NCBI GenBank assembly: GCA_019057375.1
Contig: DXJF01000005.1
Location: 1 to 14,347 of the forward strand
DNA length: 14,347 bases
Direction of reading: 5' to 3'
From: Candidatus Heimdallarchaeota archaeon
Lineage (GTDB): Archaea > Asgardarchaeota > Heimdallarchaeia > Heimdallarchaeales > Heimdallarchaeaceae
Part shown: positions 7,801-14,347 of the stretch, piece after piece
How the letters are laid out: every line of letters starts with the position of its first letter
Numbering within the stretch: the stretch's first letter is position 1
The notes under the pieces: model-generated
What the model was told of the DNA's origin: nothing
The model's database searches: none
What the model saw: only the letters and a program-made list of their open reading frames with translations
Translations under genes and position numbers: made by a program

Positions 7801-8066
7801 AGCTTTAATACACTTCTATCTTTATTTATTTCTTTAATTGCATCATTTATTGTTTGTGTTGGAGTAGTAGGGTTTAGCTTTAACAGTGATTCCCTCAATT
7901 TTTTGTTTAGAACCACTATCGATCTATTTTCTCTTCCTAATTTACTTCCTAGCCCCATTTCTTCATTAAAACAATTTAAGTAGGTATAATTTAGTTCTTT
8001 CTGAAACAATTGTATTGCTGGTTGTTCCACTAACTCATCTTCTGTAAAACTACTCATCCTCTTCAT
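4854..8066 (-). CDS. hsdR: Type I restriction endonuclease subunit R, 1070 aa
   Basis: Nuclease motif SDLIGFINGLPLIFIELK, Walker A HTQGSGKS, DEAH, FTGTP, TGFDAP and QLIARANR, plus a helical C-terminal domain. Alternative start at ATG 8057. Confidence 0.97.
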   Translation of the reverse strand: MKRMSSFTEDELVEQPAIQLFQKELNYTYLNCFNEEMGLGSKLGRENRSIVVLNKKLRESLLKLNPTTPTQTINDAIKEINKDRSVLKLEKANIEIHKMLKDGLAIQGEDENRKPKTYNIKIIDFENIDNNDFFLASQFWITGDVYTRRSDLIGFINGLPLIFIELKTTHRNLKDAFDHNLSDYKDTIPQIFWYNAFIILSNGSESKIGTISSEWDYFNEWKKISNEEEEGLVSLETIIRGTCEKQRFLDILENFIIFQDIGGSLKKFIAKNHQYLGVNNTIKAYLEVKRDTDDRLKQEDKHGKIGVFWHTQGSGKSISMIFFAQKILRKYPGSPTFVVITDEQDLDNQIYKKFLSLGAVIEPDTQAKNCEHLEQLLKENHRYVFTIIHKFQKIDKETKERKPYPKLTDRTDIIIIADEAHRTQYDELAKNMRIALPHASFIAFTGTPLIKGEDNTRETFGDYVSIYNFKQSMDDGATVPLYYENRLPEVNITKKDFDEKFVEILEEEIDDELKRRKIQRNFPKIYHVLTRDDRLEKIASDIVNHYMNRGYLGKAMVVSIDKLTTVKMYEKVQKHWKNYLKNLKDNYTKASLEEEKRVLNDKIIEMEQTDMAVVISEEQGEVKKFAEHGLNIKIHRKRIKLEDLKEKFQDPENPFRIAFVCSKWITGFDAPSVSTMYIDKPLKNHALMQLIARANRVFGEEKENGLIVDYFDIFTNMKKALAIYAAGKDEEDTPIKPKKELMKLLRQAVSDITKFLEKKNIDIYQIINAQKFTKIKLIKDATNEILVNEQSKNEFMKLAAKTKRLYKAILPDKEANEFTSRVVLFKVLRDRIRSLEPKGDITEAMDRINDLLDQSISAEGYRIKGEEDTDEVRILDLSKIDFEGLRKQFKKGRKYSLVESMKNGIYDKLVLLVMYNKTRLELLEKFKEMVENYNNGTIDIDIFFEQLVTFTKELDEEEKRTISENLSEEELAIFDLLLKKEITRKEREIIKLASMELLKTLKVEKLVLDWRKKQQTRAGVRLAIEEILDNRLPESYSINLFNIKCNLIYQHIFDSYFGAGQSIYSSVKET

Positions 8067-9345
8067 CTTTATTTATTAATATATTTATTTCTGAAATATC
8101 AATCTGACCTGAAATTAATTTGGGTAAAAGCAAATCTCTAATCTCCTCAAGATGATTACTTTTGATATTCAATTTTTGTATAAAATCAAATATCTTGCCT
8201 ACAACTTGCTCAAATTTCCTTAGCACATCAATACTTGGTTGTATAAAAGTATAGCTCCAAATACTCTCCCTTGATAATCCCAAGACCGTAGTCCCACTAG
8301 CATATCCTTTTGCATGTCCTTTGAATGCAAAGGAGTTAATTAAATGGTAGAAAAAGTATTTAAATCCTTGATAATTTTCTTTAAATCTTATTGCATATAA
8401 ATGATGTGTAAACAAAATATCTCTTGTGATATCAAATTGAGGTACTATACCTGTATTACCAATTATTACTCCATCTTGAGTTAAGTCAGTATTAATGATA
8501 AATAGTTCACCAGGACTAATTGTTTGTCTTTTATTATATTTTCCTGTATAATATTTTATCCCATCTTTCCTATATCCCCCACCAGGAACTACACTTTTCA
8601 AATTGATTAATGGGTTACCTTCAGCAGCTAAATATTTTCCTTTATGACTTACCCCACGATCTAAGAAAAAATAATCTTTAAATGTACTTATTTTCCATCC
8701 TTCTGGTATTTCTCCAAAACCAATACCAGAATCAATCAAAGATACATCTTTATGTCCTGGGAAACGAAACTCAACAAACCATTCATAATAGAGTAGTTGA
8801 GCGATTTCTTCAAGGATTTTTATTCTTCTATGATTTTTTTCAATTAAATCATCAAAATTGGACAATACATATGCTATTTTCTCTTGCATTTTTAATGGTG
8901 GTAGACTTATTTTTAGATTGCTTATAGCATCTAGCTTTGCTCTTTGTCTTCCTGATGCTCCCCGCATACTTTTTTCTGCAGTTTTCCTGATTTTATGAGA
9001 TGATGCTAAATAATAAACAAAAGATAAATCAGAAATGCCGTTTTTATTTCTAAAAACAAAAAATTCTGTTGAACCAAAACCGATATTATTTTCCAATCCC
9101 TTCACCTGAGCAATTTTCCCATTTTCTAAACAAGGTGTTATTCTTGCAAATAAAATATCACCATTTCTGAACTTAGCACCATTTCCTTTAAAGATTTTAG
9201 AATTTGATGGAAAAACATAACGCTTACCAGGAATAACATCAGTCATGAAAATAACTTGATATTCTTCTCCCTTTTTTATTGTAATTGTTGGATTTATATC
9301 AATGAAATCTTTAACTAAATATCTCAACCAATTTTCCTTATGCAT
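8050..9345 (-). CDS. hsdS: Type I restriction-modification specificity subunit S, two TRDs, 431 aa
   Basis: TRD1 (GDILFARITPCLENGK), central conserved region (PPLKMQEKIAYVLSNFDDLIEKN...EWFVEFRFPG...GEIPEGW), TRD2 and C-terminal RDLLLPKLISGQI. It overlaps hsdR. Confidence 0.96.
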   Translation of the reverse strand: MHKENWLRYLVKDFIDINPTITIKKGEEYQVIFMTDVIPGKRYVFPSNSKIFKGNGAKFRNGDILFARITPCLENGKIAQVKGLENNIGFGSTEFFVFRNKNGISDLSFVYYLASSHKIRKTAEKSMRGASGRQRAKLDAISNLKISLPPLKMQEKIAYVLSNFDDLIEKNHRRIKILEEIAQLLYYEWFVEFRFPGHKDVSLIDSGIGFGEIPEGWKISTFKDYFFLDRGVSHKGKYLAAEGNPLINLKSVVPGGGYRKDGIKYYTGKYNKRQTISPGELFIINTDLTQDGVIIGNTGIVPQFDITRDILFTHHLYAIRFKENYQGFKYFFYHLINSFAFKGHAKGYASGTTVLGLSRESIWSYTFIQPSIDVLRKFEQVVGKIFDFIQKLNIKSNHLEEIRDLLLPKLISGQIDISEINILINKDEEDE

Positions 9346-10938
9346 TTATTCCTCACTCTCTATAAGATCCGTTAAGTTTTTTTCTATAGATTTTTCAAGT
9401 GTTTTTGCTTCAGAATTTAGCTGAGATAATTCAGTACTTAAATGTCTAATTCTTTCAAAAAAATCAATTTCACTTGTTTTTCTTTCAGGGATACCAACAT
9501 ATCTACCAGGATTTAATGAATGGTTTTGTTCAATTATCTCATCAATAGTTGCTATTTTACATAATCCCAAGACATCTAGATATTTTTCGTCTGGAAAACT
9601 CTTTTTAAATAATTCTTTGCTGTTTTTATTATATGAAGGTTCTTCATCTTTATACAAACGTACAATATTCGCAATAATTTCTAATTGTTCAGGAAGAAAA
9701 TCCCTGTGAGCTCTATCAACTTGATTATAGATCTCACGAGCGTCAATAAATAGAACCGTATTTTCTCTTTCTGTTCCTTTCTTGCTTTTGTCAAAAAACC
9801 ATAATGTACAAGGAAGGGTTACGTTATGAAAAAAGTTTGTTCCTATAGCTATAATAACATCAACTACTCTATCTTCAATAATTTTTTTACGAAGTTCTAG
9901 TTCTGATTGACCAACATCAGCAGCTGAATTGGCCATAACAAAACCTGAACGCCCAGTTTCATTTAGAACATTGAGAAAGATTTGCATCCATAAATAGTTA
10001 GCATTATCTACCTTTGGTATTCCATAACTGAATCTTTTGTCTCCTTTTATTTTCTCTTTGTCTACTCCATTAACATTAAAGGGTGGATTTGACATAACAA
10101 AATCGAATCTACCAAGTGAATTATGAATATCATCATAGTAAGCGTTGCCTTGTTTAATCTCCTGACCAAATAATCCGTGTACAGCTAAGTTCATTTTACA
10201 TAGTTTAATGGTATCTGAAATCACTTCTTGACCATAGAACGATAATTCGGAACTGGGCTCTTTTCCTCTATTTCTCATAAAATTGGCGCTTTGTATAAAC
10301 ATTCCACCAGCTCCACAAGCAGGATCGTAAATCCTTCCTTTATCTGGTTCCAAGACTTCGACAATTAGTTTAACTAAAGACTCTGGAGTGAAAAATTGCC
10401 CACCACGTTGACCTTCCTTTGCTGCAAATTTACCTAGAAAATATTCATAAATCTCACCAAAGACATCCTCTCTTGTATAGAAATCCATCGTTGAGAATTG
10501 ATTTAATAAGGCAACCAGAGTCTCTTTTCTTATTTTTTGAAAATCTATATCTAAAACACCTTTTAGATCATCATTATTTTCCTCAATAAGTTTCATAGCT
10601 TTATTCATGGCTAAGCCAATATTTTCTTTTTCTGGAAGTTTTCGCAGATAGTCATATCTTGCTCTCTCAGGTAGATAGATAGCTCCTCTTTCTATATAAT
10701 CTACCTCAGATATTTTTCTCCTTCTACTAGTCTCTATTTCTTCCTTTTGCAGTTCTTGATTTATTTTTGCAAACTTAAAATCAGCGTATCGTAAGAAGAC
10801 AATTCCCAATACTGGTCTCGCAAATTCTGAATATTTTAATGCTGAATTTGCTCTTAATTTATCTGCTGAATCCCATAGTTTTTCTTTGAAATCTTTTGCC
10901 AAAATGCTATCTCCAACTTTTTCTTTACACTTCTGCAT
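9346..10938 (-). CDS. hsdM: Type I restriction-modification m6A methyltransferase subunit M, 530 aa
   Basis: N-terminal LWDSADKLR, GQFFTP, motif I YDPACGAGGMF and motif IV NPPF. Its TAA directly abuts the hsdS ATG, with a GAGGA RBS. Confidence 0.97.
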   Translation of the reverse strand: MQKCKEKVGDSILAKDFKEKLWDSADKLRANSALKYSEFARPVLGIVFLRYADFKFAKINQELQKEEIETSRRRKISEVDYIERGAIYLPERARYDYLRKLPEKENIGLAMNKAMKLIEENNDDLKGVLDIDFQKIRKETLVALLNQFSTMDFYTREDVFGEIYEYFLGKFAAKEGQRGGQFFTPESLVKLIVEVLEPDKGRIYDPACGAGGMFIQSANFMRNRGKEPSSELSFYGQEVISDTIKLCKMNLAVHGLFGQEIKQGNAYYDDIHNSLGRFDFVMSNPPFNVNGVDKEKIKGDKRFSYGIPKVDNANYLWMQIFLNVLNETGRSGFVMANSAADVGQSELELRKKIIEDRVVDVIIAIGTNFFHNVTLPCTLWFFDKSKKGTERENTVLFIDAREIYNQVDRAHRDFLPEQLEIIANIVRLYKDEEPSYNKNSKELFKKSFPDEKYLDVLGLCKIATIDEIIEQNHSLNPGRYVGIPERKTSEIDFFERIRHLSTELSQLNSEAKTLEKSIEKNLTDLIESEE

Positions 10939-11012
10939 TTTGCTTTTGAATATATTAGTTTTATCCTAATCAAACCTCAAATTTATCTTGTAAAAGATGA
11001 TATATTTATTTT

Positions 11013-11030
11013 CTAATTTCATGAAATTAG
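11013..11030. promoter_or_regulatory. Perfect 18-bp palindrome CTAATTTCATGAAATTAG (operator candidate)
   Basis: Exact palindrome about 75 bp upstream of the hsdM start. A related TTTTTC-ATG-GAAAAA lies at 11081-11095 and TCTAAT-A-ATTAGA at 11127-11139. Confidence 0.5.
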
Positions 11031-11167
11031 CAATCTGTTCTTATATCAAATCTTCTCTTTAAACAGATTTTGGCAACGAGTTTTTCATGGAAAAATAAAT
11101 TGAAAACAAAAACAAATCTGATATATTCTAATAATTAGATTTCTAATAACAAGGCCCTTCTTGGAAG

Positions 11168-11191
11168 AAATGTCTCCGCGCGGAGACATTT
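11168..11191. repeat. Perfect 24-bp palindrome AAATGTCTCCGCGCGGAGACATTT (terminator hairpin or protein-binding site)
   Basis: Exact palindrome with a GC-rich core in an AT-rich intergenic region, 38 bp after the stop of 11230..11949. Confidence 0.85.
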
Positions 11192-11229
11192 ATAATCTTA
11201 TGATGTACAGTAAACCAAAGATTACAGAA

Positions 11230-11949
11230 TTATCTATGTTTACCTTTTCTGATTTTCTGTTTTAGTTTTGAGAAAAAAACTCGAAATGAAGATAGTTTAG
11301 GTTTTGAATAGAGCTGTACTAAGATTATTAAAATATATGACATAACATGATTCACTTTTGTATACAAATTGTCCAATTTATCTATTCCTTTTTCCAGTTC
11401 TTCATGATTCTCTAAACAATCTAATAAAAAGTTGTTATACTCAAAACTAATTGCAATGAATTCTAAAAAGCTCCATTCAACAAACATGAGACCTTTTTCT
11501 TGAATTGGTTTTTTATTCCATTCAATATATTCTGATTCTTCTTCTTTTTCTATTGTTTCTCTGATTGTTTTTACATTATATTTTGGAAACCAATTATTGA
11601 ATTTTGCTTGGATAACTTCAGTTTTCTTCAGAGATTTAAATGACATCGTATTAGCTTTGTGCATGGCATCTTTGTCAGGTTTATCATACCAACGTCTATC
11701 AGAACGGCTTATTTCTTCATCCCGATACTCTAACCATTGTTTCATAGAAAAAGTTGTTTCTTCTATTAAAAATGCTAACTCTTGGATATCGTTGATCAAT
11801 AGATTTATCTTGTTTTGTCTTTCATTCCTTCTCTGATTTTTGTGAACCATTATCCATGCGATTCCCCATCCAAGAAGGAGAATAGATAGGCTTGAGGAAA
11901 GATTAATCAATATTAATGCCCAATCTTCCATAAATTTCTTATTGAGCAA
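11230..11949 (-). CDS. Hypothetical single-pass membrane protein, 239 aa (or 233 aa from ATG 11931)
   Basis: N-terminal hydrophobic helix (WALILINLSSSLSILLLGWGIAWIMV) followed by a basic stop-transfer segment and a helical soluble domain. Confidence 0.8.
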   Translation of the reverse strand: MLNKKFMEDWALILINLSSSLSILLLGWGIAWIMVHKNQRRNERQNKINLLINDIQELAFLIEETTFSMKQWLEYRDEEISRSDRRWYDKPDKDAMHKANTMSFKSLKKTEVIQAKFNNWFPKYNVKTIRETIEKEEESEYIEWNKKPIQEKGLMFVEWSFLEFIAISFEYNNFLLDCLENHEELEKGIDKLDNLYTKVNHVMSYILIILVQLYSKPKLSSFRVFFSKLKQKIRKGKHR

Positions 11950-12213
11950 GGAAATATAAACGTTAAGATTATCTTTTGTAATATTTGAGTTTAAATAATT
12001 TTGTTAAGGAACACAATGATGAAACTATTTTCTATCCAAGAGAAAATAATAGCTACAAATTGGATAACTGAAATGCTGCAGGTACTGAAAGAAATCTTCT
12101 ATTTTTGTCGTTTTTCACTATTCATCCAGAAAGAACGATTCTAAAGCGTGGTAACCTTTTAGTAATGATGAAGTATATACAGGTTTCTTCAAACAGAATA
12201 AGATAATATCGCT

Positions 12214-12672
12214 TTATCGTTTTTCCCCTAGTTTATACAAAGCAGCTCTTATGAATTCTTGTGGTGAATCATACCCCTGTTCAACAGCTGATGTTAACAC
12301 TTCATTTACTAATTCAGGATCATCAAGAATAAGAAAATCAGTTTCATCAGCTGCTTTTGTTTCCTCAATCATGTTTTTTATAGTGCGAGCATATTTTTTA
12401 GCTAATTCTGTTGCATGATAGGTATACTCTGCTCTAGCTTTAAGTCTTTCTTTTTTTTCAATGAAGGCTATAGCTACAAGATCATCTAATCTTTTTCTTA
12501 TAGTTGTAGTACTAAATGGTCCTTTCAATCTTTGCACTGTATGAACTATATCTATCCACCTGATATGTCCTTCAATAGCTACTGCATACAAGACTTCGTA
12601 AAGACCTCTTTTTTCTAATAATTCAATGATATTGATAGTATTTTCTCGCTTATTATTCATTACAGATAACAT
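12214..12672 (-). CDS. Winged helix-turn-helix transcriptional regulator with a C-terminal ribbon-helix-helix-like segment
   Basis: wHTH signature STTTIRKRLDDLVAIAFIEK...YTYHATELAKK (HxlR/MarR/ArsR-like). The C-terminal GYDSPQEFIRAAL resembles CopG-type RHH helix B. Confidence 0.75.
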   Translation of the reverse strand: MLSVMNNKRENTINIIELLEKRGLYEVLYAVAIEGHIRWIDIVHTVQRLKGPFSTTTIRKRLDDLVAIAFIEKKERLKARAEYTYHATELAKKYARTIKNMIEETKAADETDFLILDDPELVNEVLTSAVEQGYDSPQEFIRAALYKLGEKR

Positions 12673-12702
12673 AAATAGGCAACAGTAATTAAATTATTTG
12701 GA

Positions 12703-12770
12703 GACACCACATAGTGATATCTTTTTCAGATATCCTTAAATATTCTTTTGAGTTATCCTATTATGGTGTC
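12703..12770. promoter_or_regulatory. Divergent promoter region with inverted repeats
   Basis: GACACCA (12703-12709) pairs with TGGTGTC (12764-12770). Two GATATC palindromes at 12716-12721 and 12729-12734. The right arm contains the GGTG RBS of the RHH gene. Confidence 0.45.
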
Positions 12771-12775
12771 AAAAA

Positions 12776-12967
12776 TTGGCAACTCTAAAAGCAATCGGAA
12801 CAAAAGTGCCACTAAAAGTATACGAAATGTGGCAAGAATACTGCAAAGAGCAGGGAAAGACTAGCTATGAAAAATTGCAAGAGATAATTGCAAATGAGCT
12901 AAAGATTGACCTCGAAAGAGGGTGGGTTATCAAACCCAAAAGCACCCAGGAGAGAAAAGACAAATGA
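12776..12967 (+). CDS. Ribbon-helix-helix (CopG/Arc/MetJ-like) DNA-binding protein, 63 aa
   Basis: Strand AIGTKVP, helix LKVYEMWQEYCKEQG, turn GKT, helix SYEKLQEIIANEL. TTG start with GGTG RBS. Confidence 0.75.
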   Translation: MATLKAIGTKVPLKVYEMWQEYCKEQGKTSYEKLQEIIANELKIDLERGWVIKPKSTQERKDK

Positions 12968-13269
12968 ATGAACATGAAGGAACAGAAGAAATAATCAAAC
13001 CAGCTCTAAATGAGATCTTGAAACCTTATGGAATAAGATTAGTTTTAGTTGACCTTAACAACAACATTGAGCACGAACCTGAAAAAATAGTTAATATTGC
13101 TAACAATGTTGCTTTAGCTAATGTTTCTTTGGAAATAAGAAAAACAGGATTACCAGAAATAGTAGCAAGAGATACAAGGCATGAAATTATTTATACATTA
13201 AAGGAGCTAGCAACAATTTTACAGAGACTTTCAGGAATGAAAATAGAATTCAGTGTTGTAGGTGAGTAA
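12964..13269 (+). CDS. Hypothetical protein, 101 aa
   Basis: ATG 12964 forms an ATGA overlap with the RHH stop, so it is preferred over the track start at 12922. No family recognised. Confidence 0.75.
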   Translation: MNEHEGTEEIIKPALNEILKPYGIRLVLVDLNNNIEHEPEKIVNIANNVALANVSLEIRKTGLPEIVARDTRHEIIYTLKELATILQRLSGMKIEFSVVGE

Positions 13270-13270
13270 A

Positions 13271-13420
13271 ATGGATAATTTCGAAGTCATAACATTACTT
13301 TCTATCCTTAGAGATGAAATGAAACATCAGGAAGATTCAGAAACAATTCAGAATACAATTGTAGATCTTATTGAGCACAATATACCTGAAACCAAGAAGG
13401 AATATTTTCTTTTCATATAG
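13271..13420 (+). CDS. Small acidic hypothetical protein, 49 aa (below the ORF-track cutoff)
   Basis: MDNFEVITLLSILRDEMKHQEDSETIQNTIVDLIEHNIPETKKEYFLFI*. GGTGAG RBS at 13261-13266. It starts 1 nt after the previous stop, and its stop overlaps the AGGAG RBS of the recombinase. Confidence 0.75.
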   Translation: MDNFEVITLLSILRDEMKHQEDSETIQNTIVDLIEHNIPETKKEYFLFI

Positions 13421-13432
13421 GAGCTTAAAACT

Positions 13433-14182
13433 ATGCATATTAACGCCATTATCTACATTCGTGTTTCTACTTCGGATCAAGAATCAGGAAGAGATACACA
13501 GGTAGATGTAATCACTCAAAAGATCCAATCATTAGGTTATAGACACTTAGTACAAACTTTTATTGATGAAGAGGTTTCAGGAGACAGCCATGTAGAAGAA
13601 CGGCCAGCTTTTAAAGAATTACTGAAATTTACAAAAGACTTCAACCTGCAGAATCCTAACGATCCTATTAAAGAGCTGTGGGTACAAACAAGAGACAGAA
13701 TCTCGAGAGAAGTTGATATGATAGGGTATGCTGTTGTTCTTTTAAGAGCTTTAGGAATAGAAATACGTACAACTGAAGAAAACAATGAAATGCTCGTTAC
13801 TCGAATCTATGATATGCTTGGAGAAGAGGAATTAAAAAAATATAGACAGAAAAGAGTCTATGGGATTAAGCGAAGGATAAATGAGGGGAAGGTTTTATCT
13901 AGAGCTCCTATAGGTTACAAGATAGAAAATGATAAGCTAGTAGTTGATGAATCTCTCAGACCTATGATTATCCAGATCTTCCAGATGTTTGAAGATAATG
14001 TAACTATGAGTACAATAAGCAACAAATTCAATATTCCTCGCAGCACTTTAGCTTATATGAGAAAGAATCCTATTTACACTACAGGAGAATATACCTGGAA
14101 GGGAAAGGTAATCTATACAGTTGAACCTGTAATAAACGAAGGAGATATCAAACCTAATGATGAAGAGAACTTCTATGGCTAA
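13433..14182 (+). CDS. Serine recombinase (resolvase catalytic domain plus recombinase DNA-binding domain), 249 aa
   Basis: YIRVS with catalytic Ser12, DEEVSG, ERPAF and DRISR motifs, followed by APIGY...IFQMF...MRKNPIYTTGEY...EPVI typical of the large-serine-recombinase recombinase domain. AGGAG RBS. Confidence 0.92.
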   Translation: MHINAIIYIRVSTSDQESGRDTQVDVITQKIQSLGYRHLVQTFIDEEVSGDSHVEERPAFKELLKFTKDFNLQNPNDPIKELWVQTRDRISREVDMIGYAVVLLRALGIEIRTTEENNEMLVTRIYDMLGEEELKKYRQKRVYGIKRRINEGKVLSRAPIGYKIENDKLVVDESLRPMIIQIFQMFEDNVTMSTISNKFNIPRSTLAYMRKNPIYTTGEYTWKGKVIYTVEPVINEGDIKPNDEENFYG

Positions 14183-14347
14183 CTCTTTTTCTTTTTTTCT
14201 TTTTTGAACTGAGATGCATCTACAGTATTAAAGAAATCTTTTGCAGTTAAACCTTTTGTAACTGTGTTTATTTTAATATCGTTTTTTGATGTCTTCTTTT
14301 TATCTTCGGTTGTAATCTCATCAAACAGTTTTTTAGCATCAATTAAA
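14179..14347 (-). CDS. Partial CDS (C-terminal 55 aa) running off the window end; Lys-rich tail
   Basis: Open frame from 14346: LIDAKKLFDEITTEDKKKTSKNDIKINTVTKGLTAKDFFNTVDASQFKKEKKKKS*. Its TAG (14181-14179) overlaps the recombinase TAA. Confidence 0.6.
   Translation of the reverse strand, partial: LIDAKKLFDEITTEDKKKTSKNDIKINTVTKGLTAKDFFNTVDASQFKKEKKKKS
14184..14205 (+). terminator. Oligo-T tract, archaeal-type terminator candidate
   Basis: T5-C-T7-C-T6 immediately after the recombinase stop. Confidence 0.45.

Larger units (their letters stand above)
4782..14347. mobile_element. Putative integrated element carrying the type I RM system; right end outside the window
   Basis: Serine recombinase, divergent RHH/wHTH switch and defence cargo are present, and the left side abuts a truncated hsdM remnant. 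No att pair was identified, so the boundaries are inferred. Confidence 0.4.

Noticed and set aside
4811-8927. Track ORFs at 4811-4996, 5062-5271, 5545-5760, 6183-6380, 7789-7983 and 8682-8927
   Set aside because: They are alternative-frame or antisense shadows inside hsdR/hsdS.
8050-9345. Phase-variable hsdS (shufflon or tandem-repeat spacer)
   Set aside because: I saw no second or silent hsdS, no flanking inverted repeats and no simple-sequence repeat in the gene.
11597-11836. 79-aa + strand ORF
   Set aside because: Antisense shadow of 11230..11949.
12016-12144. 42-aa + strand ORF with AAGGA upstream
   Set aside because: Short, isolated, opposite to both neighbours and without a motif, so there is insufficient support.
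13537-13785. 82-aa - strand ORF
   Set aside because: Antisense shadow of the recombinase.
13433-14182. IS607-family transposase/TnpB pair
   Set aside because: No N-terminal MerR-like HTH and no co-oriented downstream tnpB.

Overview
AT-rich accessory/defence-island window, probably archaeal. The host is inferred from GGTGA/GGAG ribosome-binding sites, oligo-T tracts after genes and ribbon-helix-helix regulators; an Asgard-type host is plausible but not provable here. From left to right: (i) about 650 bp of non-coding DNA dense in inverted repeats; (ii) a translationally coupled + strand operon encoding a membrane-anchored protein, a small gene hidden by one in-frame TAA, a TPR protein and an ApeA-like HEPN RNase (RSKIVH); (iii) a Pycsar-effector-like membrane protein with no cyclase in the window; (iv) a small basic ORF and a roughly 30-codon 3' remnant of a second, different hsdM; (v) an intact type I restriction-modification operon (hsdM-hsdS-hsdR, - strand); (vi) a palindrome-rich upstream region and a single-pass membrane protein; (vii) a divergent wHTH-RHH/RHH regulatory switch leading into two small ORFs and a compact 249-aa serine recombinase; (viii) the 3' end of a convergent gene. 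No rRNA, tRNA, CRISPR array, reverse transcriptase or IS transposase was seen. All family assignments come from motif recognition by eye; no searches were run.
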